From: Campylobacterales bacterium
Lineage (GTDB): Bacteria; Campylobacterota; Campylobacteria; Campylobacterales; Sulfurimonadaceae
Length of the DNA: 64,000 bases
Direction of reading: 5' to 3'
Assembly: GCA_026390075.1 (NCBI GenBank)
Contig: JAPLGP010000005.1
Span: 25,316 to 89,315 of the forward strand
Part shown: one piece after another, positions 41,298 to 49,996 of the stretch
Layout of the letters: every line of letters starts with the position of its first letter
Numbering within the stretch: the first letter of the stretch is position 1
Made by a program: the position numbers and the translations under genes
The notes under the pieces: model-generated
Databases searched by the model: none
Told to the model about the DNA's origin: nothing
The model's input: only the letters and a program-made list of their open reading frames with translations

Positions 41298-44200
41298 ATG
41301 AATAACAAAAAAACATTCCGCCTCTTCATCTCCTCAACCTTTAACGACTTCCGAAGAGAACGAGAAGTTTTACAAACAAAAGTATTTCCACATGCCAAAG
41401 AGTACGCTTCAAGCAAAGGTTACACTTTTCAACCCATAGACCTTAGATGGGGAGTAAGCAACGAAGCACAGCTTGACCAAAAAACATTAGAGCTTTGTCT
41501 AAGTGAAGTACGAGCATGTAAAAGCCATATACATCCAAACTTCTTGATTATGATAGGAGATAGATATGGTTGGGTTCCACTTCCTTATGCTATAGAAAAA
41601 GAAGAGTTTGAAACATTAACTGCACTCATGACTCAAAGTGATAAAGAAGCTGTTTTAGAATGGTATAAACTAGATAAAAACCAACTTCCAGCTTCTTATA
41701 TCCTAAAAGAGCGAAGCAATGAGTACAAAGTATTTGAAACCTGGGGAGCAGTTGAAACAAACATAAGAACAATCTTACAATCAGCAGTAAATAACTCAAA
41801 CCTAACCGAAGAACAAAAGCGCAAATACTTCCTCTCAGCAACAGAAGCAGAGGTAGAAGAGGGAATCATCCCTTACATCCAACCCACAAAATATCAAACA
41901 GATGAACTCCTAAACAAAAACAGTTCACTGCATACAGTTGACCCAGAACACATCTTTGGTTTCTTTAGAGATATTGACAAATCAACTCAAACAGAAGATA
42001 AGTTTATTCAAGAGGACTACAATGAAGCTCAAGATTTTAAAGAAAGGGTCAAAGCTGAACTACTAGAAAATAATATTCTTCATGCAAAAACAACTCAAGT
42101 AGATAAAGAGAAATTAGAAGAAACCTATCTTACAGAGTTTGAAAAAAGAATGACAGAGTTCTTAGAATCTCAAATAGATTCTCAAAAAGCAAAAGAGACA
42201 GATGAAAAACTCACACCCTTACAAATAGAACTCCAAGCCCAAAGCTACTTCGCACAAATAAAAAGAAAAGACTTCCTCGCACAAGAGAGTCTAAGAGAGA
42301 CAATAGCAAACTATATCTCAGATAACAACCAACAACCATTTCTCATCTACGGAGCATCAGGAAGAGGAAAATCCTCTCTCATGGCAAAAGCAATCGAAGA
42401 AGCAGAAGAGTCTCTTCAAAAAAGAGTAATCTACCGCTTCGTAGGAGCAACTCCATATTCTAGTTCAAGTAAAGAGATACTGACAAGTATATTTGAAGAG
42501 TTAGGCGTAGATGTAAGAAGTGAGCAAGAAAAAGAAGAAAATGAACTCACTTTCAACTCAAATGAAAAACAAGAATCATTTGAAGAGTTTAGCTATAGAA
42601 TAGAAAATGAGTTTATGAATCTAAAAGAACATATAACTATTTTCATAGACGCAGTAGATCAACTAGGAAATGATGATAATTTCCTATGGCTGCCAGAAAC
42701 TTTGCCATCAAATCTAAAAATAATCATTTCAGCACTAGATGATAAAAAATACGAAGAGGACAGCAAATATTTTACAAACCTAAAAACTCAAACTCAAACT
42801 CAAACCATTTACGAGATACCAGAATTTTCACAACCAAAAGAACTTCTAAAAGCTCTTCTCAAAAAAGAAGAGAGAACTCTCCAAACAAATCAAGAGAACT
42901 ACTTCTTAGAACAGTTTAAAACCGCCAACTCACCTTTGTACATAAACGTTGCAACTCAAGAGTTAAAAAACTGGAAAAGCTATGACACTCACCAAGAGCT
43001 AGAATCAACACAACAAGGAATCATAAAAGAGTTTGTAGAAAACTTACATAAAGTTTACCATCACGATAAAGAGTTTGTTCATAAAGTGTTAGGATACCTC
43101 TATGCTTCAAGAGATGGACTCAGTGAGAGCGAACTTCTTCAACTCATTGCAACAGATAAAGAATTTATCCAAAAAATGGCACCAGAGACATGGCATGAAA
43201 ACCCAAACAAAGAACTCCCTCTGGTTCACTGGTCAAGACTTCAAACACAACTCAAACCTTTTCTAAGTTCAAAAACTCAAGATGGTGAAGAACTCATGTA
43301 CTTCTTTCATAGAGAGTTTGAAGATGTCATAGCAAAACTTCCAAACCAAAGAGAAGAACATGAAGCGATTATAAAAGCTACTCAAAAATTGATAGAACAA
43401 AACCAAGACAAACCATTCGACTCTAACAGATGGGGGAAACTTTATGCGACACTTATTACAGAGTATGAACTAAGATACCAAGATAAAGAGAAACAAAAAG
43501 AGTTTGCAGAGTTTATTGCTATCATTAATGATGAACCGTGGATTCAAAAGTGTGTAAGTAATCTCACAGAGATTGGTTATACACATATGATATACAATCG
43601 AATGCGAAAAGCAATGGCATATCAAGAGAGTGTTTTATATGCAACTAAGGCACTTTATAAATCTGACAAAGAGAGATGGGCAAATAATTACACCACGGCC
43701 CTAAATAATTTAGCCTTATCATATACAAATGTAAACCGCCAAAATGAAGCGATAGCACTCCAAGAGAAGAGTCTTGCAATCCTTGAAGAACTTTATAGAT
43801 CTGACAAAGAGAGATGGGTGGAGTTTTACACTACATCTCTAAATAATCTAGCCTATTCATATACAAATGTAAACCGCCAAAATGAAGCGATAGCATTCCA
43901 AGAGAAAAGTCTTGCAATCCTTGAACCGCTTTATGCATCCGACCAAGAGAGATGGGCAAAGGATTACACTTTAGCTATGGGTAATCTAGCCACTTCATAC
44001 GCAAATGTAAACCGCCAAAATGAAGCGATAGCATTCCAAGAGAAAAGTCTTGCAATCCTTGAAGAACTTTATAAATCTGACAAAGAGAGATGGGCAAATA
44101 ATTACACCACGGCCCTAAATAATTTAGCCTTATCATATACAAATGTAAACCGCCAAAATGAAGCGATAGCATTCCAAGAGAAAAGTCTTGCAATCCTTGA

Positions 44201-45419
44201 AGCACTCTATACATCCGACAAAGAGAGATGGGCGGAGCTTTACATCAAAGCTCTGATTAATCTGGCAACTTCATATAAAAACGTAAACCACATAAACGAA
44301 GCAATAACGCTTGAAACTAAAGGTATTTCAATCCTTGAAGTACTTTATGAAATGCACTCTCAGAGATGGGCAGAGGATTACACCACGGCTCTAAATAATT
44401 TAGCCTTATCATATACAAATGTGAACCGCCAAAATGAAGCGATAACGCTTGGCGAGAAGAATCTTTCAATCTGTGAAACACTTTACACATCCGACAAAGA
44501 GAGATGGGCGGAGCTTTACATCACAGTTCTAAGTAATCTTGCAGTTTTTAGCGGAAAAATCAACCACATAGAGGAAGCCATAACACTTCAAGAAAAGAGT
44601 CTCACAATTCTTGAAATACATTACAAAACGGACCCTCAAAGATGGTCGGAGCTTTACACCAGAGCTCTAAATTCTTTAGCTTTCTTATATATGAATGCAA
44701 CCCGCCAAAACGAGGCAATAACACTTCAAGAAAAGAGTCTCACAATTCTTGAAATACATTACAAAACGGACCCTCAAAGATGGGCGGAGCTTTACACCAC
44801 AGTTCTGATTAATCTTGCAAATTCTTATGCAAATGCAAACCGCCAAAATGAAGCAATAGCACTCGAAGAGAAAAGTCTTGCAATTCGTGAAGCACTTTAT
44901 TCATCCGACAAAGAGAGATGGGCGGAGCTTTACACCAAAGCTCTGGATAATCTTGCCGTTACTTTTTATGACCATGGGGACAAAGAAAAATCTTTAAAAT
45001 TATTGAATGAAAATTATAAAATTCATAAAAAACATTATGGAGAAAATGATGCAAGAACTTTAGAAGTAATATCAAGCATAGAGATTGTTCAAGGCAAACA
45101 AATAAAAACTAGTGTTGTAAACGCAACATTTACAGATTTACTTTATCTTTCAAAGTTTATAGCACAAACAAAGGAACAAAATGAAATTTGTGAAACTAGT
45201 TTTATATATGCGCTAGGTTGTATAGAATTGAATGAACAAGCGAAACAAATTTTTTCACAATTGACTAACCTTGAAGAATTGGGTAGATATGAAGGCGCTC
45301 AACAATATATAGAACAGGTAAAAAACACTCCAAAGATTTTATATAGTGAAAAGTTAAAAGGAGTTGTTAAACAGCTTCAAGAGATATTTGGTGATAAGCC
45401 AATAGGGACATTGAGATGA
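41298..45419 (+). CDS. DUF4062 + STAND/NACHT-like NTPase + 10 TPR-like repeats + Clp-N-like C-terminus
   Basis: RLFISSTF, IDLRWGV, GASGRGKS, IFIDAVDQ, FFHREF. Confidence 0.85.
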   Translation: MNNKKTFRLFISSTFNDFRREREVLQTKVFPHAKEYASSKGYTFQPIDLRWGVSNEAQLDQKTLELCLSEVRACKSHIHPNFLIMIGDRYGWVPLPYAIEKEEFETLTALMTQSDKEAVLEWYKLDKNQLPASYILKERSNEYKVFETWGAVETNIRTILQSAVNNSNLTEEQKRKYFLSATEAEVEEGIIPYIQPTKYQTDELLNKNSSLHTVDPEHIFGFFRDIDKSTQTEDKFIQEDYNEAQDFKERVKAELLENNILHAKTTQVDKEKLEETYLTEFEKRMTEFLESQIDSQKAKETDEKLTPLQIELQAQSYFAQIKRKDFLAQESLRETIANYISDNNQQPFLIYGASGRGKSSLMAKAIEEAEESLQKRVIYRFVGATPYSSSSKEILTSIFEELGVDVRSEQEKEENELTFNSNEKQESFEEFSYRIENEFMNLKEHITIFIDAVDQLGNDDNFLWLPETLPSNLKIIISALDDKKYEEDSKYFTNLKTQTQTQTIYEIPEFSQPKELLKALLKKEERTLQTNQENYFLEQFKTANSPLYINVATQELKNWKSYDTHQELESTQQGIIKEFVENLHKVYHHDKEFVHKVLGYLYASRDGLSESELLQLIATDKEFIQKMAPETWHENPNKELPLVHWSRLQTQLKPFLSSKTQDGEELMYFFHREFEDVIAKLPNQREEHEAIIKATQKLIEQNQDKPFDSNRWGKLYATLITEYELRYQDKEKQKEFAEFIAIINDEPWIQKCVSNLTEIGYTHMIYNRMRKAMAYQESVLYATKALYKSDKERWANNYTTALNNLALSYTNVNRQNEAIALQEKSLAILEELYRSDKERWVEFYTTSLNNLAYSYTNVNRQNEAIAFQEKSLAILEPLYASDQERWAKDYTLAMGNLATSYANVNRQNEAIAFQEKSLAILEELYKSDKERWANNYTTALNNLALSYTNVNRQNEAIAFQEKSLAILEALYTSDKERWAELYIKALINLATSYKNVNHINEAITLETKGISILEVLYEMHSQRWAEDYTTALNNLALSYTNVNRQNEAITLGEKNLSICETLYTSDKERWAELYITVLSNLAVFSGKINHIEEAITLQEKSLTILEIHYKTDPQRWSELYTRALNSLAFLYMNATRQNEAITLQEKSLTILEIHYKTDPQRWAELYTTVLINLANSYANANRQNEAIALEEKSLAIREALYSSDKERWAELYTKALDNLAVTFYDHGDKEKSLKLLNENYKIHKKHYGENDARTLEVISSIEIVQGKQIKTSVVNATFTDLLYLSKFIAQTKEQNEICETSFIYALGCIELNEQAKQIFSQLTNLEELGRYEGAQQYIEQVKNTPKILYSEKLKGVVKQLQEIFGDKPIGTLR
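43659..45038 (+). repeat. Ten 138-bp (46-aa) coding tandem repeats
   Basis: Unit such as KSDKERWANNYTTALNNLALSYTNVNRQNEAIALQEKSLAILEELY; 138-bp spacing checked (43662 vs 43800). Confidence 0.92.
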
Positions 45420-45441
45420 AAAATGAGGTTTTTAAAATTTA

Positions 45442-46014
45442 TTGGCAAAAAGGTTATCTATGTCACAAGAAGAACAATTTAAAATTGAAAAAATAAAAGG
45501 TGATTTTGCTGAGCTTATTTGTAAGCATCATTTTGAATATATGGGCTTTAAAATGGATAAAGTCGGAATCGAAGATTTGTCACCCTCTTTTGCAAAACTT
45601 AGCAGTAGTAACAATGCGGTAACATCTTTGAAAAAACTTATTCAGTATATGCCGGATTTTTTAGCAGTTTATCCAAGCTTAGGTTTGGCATCTTTTATTG
45701 AAGTAAAGTACAGAAGAAATATAACAGATTTGCATCTAGTAGAGTTCTCAAAAGAGCTGCATCTTAGATATGAAAATGTAATGAAAGATGGCATTCCTTT
45801 ATATTTTTATCTTGTAACAAATAAAGCGCCGTATGTCTATATCATGAAAGCCTATGCTTTGAAGCACAAAGAACAAACCGGCGGGTTTTATAGTGTAGAA
45901 GATAATGCTTTAAATAATTTGGTGTTTTTCCAATCTAAAAACAAAAATGCCAGCTTTAGTGAGGCGTATAAAGACTGCATTAAAACTGCAATTGTTGAAA
46001 TTTTGGAGGCATAA
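45442..46014 (+). CDS. PD-(D/E)XK nuclease-like protein
   Basis: AELIC...MPDF...FIEVK. Confidence 0.65.
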   Translation: MAKRLSMSQEEQFKIEKIKGDFAELICKHHFEYMGFKMDKVGIEDLSPSFAKLSSSNNAVTSLKKLIQYMPDFLAVYPSLGLASFIEVKYRRNITDLHLVEFSKELHLRYENVMKDGIPLYFYLVTNKAPYVYIMKAYALKHKEQTGGFYSVEDNALNNLVFFQSKNKNASFSEAYKDCIKTAIVEILEA

Positions 46015-46016
46015 GT

Positions 46017-47996
46017 ATGAGAGTAGGTTTAATTAAAAATCAGGAGATTACGCCTGAAATACCACTCGTAGATGTTAAATTTACACACTCTCTTTGTATC
46101 GGTCAAACAGGGAGTGGCAAGACAAGTTCATTTGTTTATCCAAACCTTTTAAACAGGCTTAAGCTTGGTCATGGGGTGCTGTTTTTTGACATCAAAGGGA
46201 GTGAGCACAAGGCTATAAAAAAACTGGCAAAAGATGTAAACAGACTGCAAGATGTTTTAGAAGTAGGCAAGCCTTGGGGTGAAAATATAAATATTTTAAA
46301 AGATTTTAACAGTAGAACTTTCTCTACACTTTTAACTTCACTTGTAGGCGATCCAAAAGATGCAGGACAAAACGCATATTTTTATAACGCTGCGATTGCG
46401 CTAGGTCTTAATATTTTCAACATCTTAAAGCTTTGTTCTATCATTTCAAAAGAGATAAGAGAGTTAGGCATTGAAGTTTCTTTTGAACTGTATGAATTTT
46501 TTAGTTTTAGCGATTTGTACAAGGCAAGCTTGGGTATCAATAATCTTTATGATTTTTTGCAAGAGAAAAAAAGTTTTCAAGATGCTGTATTTGAGATTAT
46601 AAAAACAGATGCCGCCTTGTATCTTGGTAAAAATAAAGAGCTATATAAAAACATTGTTTTAAATTATGCCAATCTCAAGTCGCAATTAGCAAACTTACAA
46701 AAATATGATGTTCCGCAAAAAAAGAGAAATGACAGAGAGAAGTTTGACCTTGCGCTTATTCCTGTTATCCATTCACTCTCAGAAGCTTTTAGTTTTATGG
46801 TAACACCGGCGGCAAAATATATCTCGCAAAAAGATAATCCATTTGATATTGTTCAGAGTCTGCAAGATGGCAAAATCGTAATCATTAATGTGAGGGTAAT
46901 ACCCGATGCCATTTTAGAGTTGATGCTAGATCAGCTTTTTGAAAAGCTTATAGACTTAAATCTGGTTCGAGAGGAGCACAGGCATCCTACCTCTATTTTT
47001 ATAGATGAAGCACAAAGACTTATCAATAAGAATATTCCCTTAGATATATTGAGAAGTTCAAAAATAGATGTTATTTTGGCTGTTCAAAGCGAACTTCAAC
47101 TCATCAGTAAGTTTGGTTCCAAAGAGGACTGGCAGCAGATATCAGTAAATATCGCCGATAAATATGCCTATAGGTCATCCTTCTTCGGTGGCGACCATCT
47201 TGCCTCATTTTACATCGACACCGCAACATTGAATCCTTTTGAATACGCAAAAGAGCATGATACAAATATTAAAAAAGCGATACCAATTTTTATGGACAAA
47301 GATGAACTTGACTTTGTTGAACTAAAGTATCAGCATGAGGTTTTAAAGTTATCAGGTCTTACAAAAAATGAGCTGTTTCAATATGATGTCACTCATTTTG
47401 AGAATGAAAGAGAAGTGCTGATTTTCAATATAAAAACAATGAAAAAGCAGTATAAGAAGCTTTTTACATCATTTGAAGATAATCTAATTTTTTCCATCAT
47501 TGAAAAATTTGTTCCACTTCCTTTGGAAACACTGATAAATAAAGTCGGTATGACTCTTTCTCAAAATCTATGGAATCATATATATAATGAGTTTCATATT
47601 TGCAGTGAAGAGCAGTTTAATAAACTATTCATTGGAGCCTTTCCTTCACTCGTAGAAGTATGCAATTTCTTATTATTGAAACTTGACACTGATGATGAAG
47701 AGTATGAGGATATCTCCTTGAACTTGCTTGGTCAGGTGATGGAAAATCACTATGATGATATAGAGATACTCAAAGATGAAGAACTTGATGAGGACGATAT
47801 ACCTTTTGATGAGCCACAAGGAACTATCATCAGTATAAATTCTAAAAAAGCACAGCAAAAGTTAGAAAAAGTAATAGATGTGATGGGGTTTTTATATTAT
47901 GAAGCGGATAGTATGAGCTGTCTGCTTTTTAAAGATGCAGATAAAAACACTAACAAAGATAAAAGTCTAATAGAGGAAGAAGAAAGTGGATTTTGA
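46017..47996 (+). CDS. VirD4/TraD-like P-loop ATPase with acidic tail
   Basis: IGQTGSGKT, FFDIKG, IFIDEAQ, LAVQS. Confidence 0.75.
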   Translation: MRVGLIKNQEITPEIPLVDVKFTHSLCIGQTGSGKTSSFVYPNLLNRLKLGHGVLFFDIKGSEHKAIKKLAKDVNRLQDVLEVGKPWGENINILKDFNSRTFSTLLTSLVGDPKDAGQNAYFYNAAIALGLNIFNILKLCSIISKEIRELGIEVSFELYEFFSFSDLYKASLGINNLYDFLQEKKSFQDAVFEIIKTDAALYLGKNKELYKNIVLNYANLKSQLANLQKYDVPQKKRNDREKFDLALIPVIHSLSEAFSFMVTPAAKYISQKDNPFDIVQSLQDGKIVIINVRVIPDAILELMLDQLFEKLIDLNLVREEHRHPTSIFIDEAQRLINKNIPLDILRSSKIDVILAVQSELQLISKFGSKEDWQQISVNIADKYAYRSSFFGGDHLASFYIDTATLNPFEYAKEHDTNIKKAIPIFMDKDELDFVELKYQHEVLKLSGLTKNELFQYDVTHFENEREVLIFNIKTMKKQYKKLFTSFEDNLIFSIIEKFVPLPLETLINKVGMTLSQNLWNHIYNEFHICSEEQFNKLFIGAFPSLVEVCNFLLLKLDTDDEEYEDISLNLLGQVMENHYDDIEILKDEELDEDDIPFDEPQGTIISINSKKAQQKLEKVIDVMGFLYYEADSMSCLLFKDADKNTNKDKSLIEEEESGF

Positions 47997-48342
47997 GCGC
48001 GGTGATTATGCACGATTTCGTAGTGGTTATATTTTTGAGGTTGGCAGAATGGATGAAGGTTTTTTATATACAGATGAATGGGATTATTCTATCGAGTACT
48101 GGAAACCATACGCAAGACGCGATTGCATATTATGGAAGCCGAACGAGGATGAAGTGTGCTTATTTTGGAATAAAGATGCGCAATATGCAGTTATTGGCAA
48201 ATTTAAAGAGATGGCAGGTTCGCAATATTTGACACTGCATGGCGAAGTATATGAAAAAACACAGCCATATCTTTTCCAAGTACCATATTTTTTACAAGAT
48301 AAATACGGGTTGCCAAATAGTACTTTGAAATTCTTGAGCTGA
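47986..48342 (+). CDS. Hypothetical protein
   Basis: 118-aa ORF overlapping the upstream gene end. Confidence 0.6.
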   Translation: MDFERGDYARFRSGYIFEVGRMDEGFLYTDEWDYSIEYWKPYARRDCILWKPNEDEVCLFWNKDAQYAVIGKFKEMAGSQYLTLHGEVYEKTQPYLFQVPYFLQDKYGLPNSTLKFLS

Positions 48343-48353
48343 AGGAAAATAAG

Positions 48354-48458
48354 ATGCAATCAAAAACATTTAGACTTTTTATAAGCTCAACATTCAGTGA
48401 TTTTGTAAATGAGCGTGAAATTTTACACACAAAAGTATTTCCACATGCCAAAGTATAA
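48354..48458 (+). pseudogene. 34-codon remnant of a third DUF4062 gene
   Basis: MQSKTFRLFISSTFSDFVNEREILHTKVFPHAKV*. Confidence 0.85.
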
Positions 48459-48603
48459 AACATGGCAATTGACAAATGCAAGAAACTTAGTAATTTTAGT
48501 CAAATCTATAAATTCATTAATGCAACATAATGTGTTCAATAAATTTGACATTATTAAAGTATTTCAATACTATATAAAATATATTTGACAAAAAAGAGCT
48601 AGT

Positions 48604-48846
48604 ATGGATTTTAGAGAGTTTGGAAATGAGATGGCGAAACTACGAAAAACTAAAAATGTATCGCAAAAAGATTTGAGTGATGATTTGCATATTTCAAGAG
48701 CTACAATCAGCAGTTTTGAAAACGGTGGAAGCGTGAATATTGGGTTTAAAAAAGTTTTGCAGATAGCGGACTATCTTGGATATGAGATTGCACTCAAAGA
48801 AAAATCAGATTTTCCTGTTTTTGAGGAGATACTTAGTGGAGAATAA
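48604..48846 (+). CDS. hipB: HipB-like XRE HTH antitoxin
   Basis: HTH SQKDL..ISRATISSFENG; TTGACA-17-TACTAT promoter at 48545-73. Confidence 0.8.
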   Translation: MDFREFGNEMAKLRKTKNVSQKDLSDDLHISRATISSFENGGSVNIGFKKVLQIADYLGYEIALKEKSDFPVFEEILSGE

Positions 48847-49996
48847 TCTACTTGTTAAAGTTCAAGGCGATTTTGCTGGAAAAATGGTGCTTGAAGATGG
48901 TGAATATATCTTTAGTTATCAAACAGAAAATAAAGAGAATTTTATCTCTCTCACAATGCCATTAAGAACGAAAGACTATGTCCATACGAAACTCCATCCG
49001 ATTTTTGAGATGCATCTTCCTGAGGGTTATCTGCTCTCCATCATCAAAAAACATTTTGCAAAAATTGTAAAAACAGATGATTTTGGACTGTTGCAGCTTA
49101 TGTCACCTTCCATTGCTGGAAGAGTAACTTATGAGTCTCAAAAAAATAATCATAACTCCACTTTAACTCTTGATGAGCTTTTACATCCAAAAAGTGAAAA
49201 ACTTTTTGATGAGCTTGTTGAACGGTTTGCTCTTTCTTCTGCACTCAGCGGAGTTCAGCCAAAAGTATTGGCAAAAGTGCAAAACAAAGCGACTCTCAGG
49301 CTCGAACAATATATTGTAAAATCATGGGGAGAGGATTACAAAGAACTCTCTCTCAATGAGTACTATTGCATGAAGGTGGTGCAATATGCCGATGTACCAA
49401 CGCCTGAGTTTTATCTCTCAGATGATGAGAAGCTTTTTATCATGAAAAGATTTGATATTTTAGACGATGGCGAGAGTTTGGGCTTTGAAGATATGTGCGT
49501 ACTTCAAGCAAAACAGCGAGACGATAAATACAACGGCAGTTATGAGCAGATTGCAAAAACGATTCAGACCTTTGTATCAGGTAAAAATAAAAAAACTGCC
49601 TTTATTAACTTTTATAAAATGATTGTTATAAACAATCTTTTACAAAACGGTGATGCACATCTTAAAAACTTTGGGTTACTTTACCGTAACATTCACGATA
49701 TCTCGTTGGCACCTGCTTACGATGTTGTATCCACAACAGTTTATATAAAAAATGATGTTCCGGCACTTCATCTTTTGGGAAGTAAAAAATGGTGGGACAA
49801 AAAGTTTCTCCTACGCTTTGGCATGGAAAGTTGTAATTTGACAAACAATGAGGCAAATAAGTATTACGAGGAGTGTTTGAGTGCCATGAACAAAGTTGCC
49901 AACGAGATAGCACTTAGAATAAAGCATGAGAAAAATAGTGATAAGCGTGAAGTTTTAGAGAAACTTTTAAATTTAACAAATAAGGGAAACCATTGA
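48836..49996 (+). CDS. hipA: HipA-family kinase toxin (likely GTG start 48836)
   Basis: SGVQPK, KRFD, FEDMC, NGDAHLKNF, LAPAYD; GAGGAG RBS. Confidence 0.9.
   Translation: MENNLLVKVQGDFAGKMVLEDGEYIFSYQTENKENFISLTMPLRTKDYVHTKLHPIFEMHLPEGYLLSIIKKHFAKIVKTDDFGLLQLMSPSIAGRVTYESQKNNHNSTLTLDELLHPKSEKLFDELVERFALSSALSGVQPKVLAKVQNKATLRLEQYIVKSWGEDYKELSLNEYYCMKVVQYADVPTPEFYLSDDEKLFIMKRFDILDDGESLGFEDMCVLQAKQRDDKYNGSYEQIAKTIQTFVSGKNKKTAFINFYKMIVINNLLQNGDAHLKNFGLLYRNIHDISLAPAYDVVSTTVYIKNDVPALHLLGSKKWWDKKFLLRFGMESCNLTNNEANKYYEECLSAMNKVANEIALRIKHEKNSDKREVLEKLLNLTNKGNH

Noticed and set aside
43659-45038. Regular repeats as a CRISPR array
   Set aside because: They are in-frame coding units without unique spacers, and there are no cas genes
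46017-47996. Complete conjugation system
   Set aside because: No relaxase, VirB4 or pilus genes in the window
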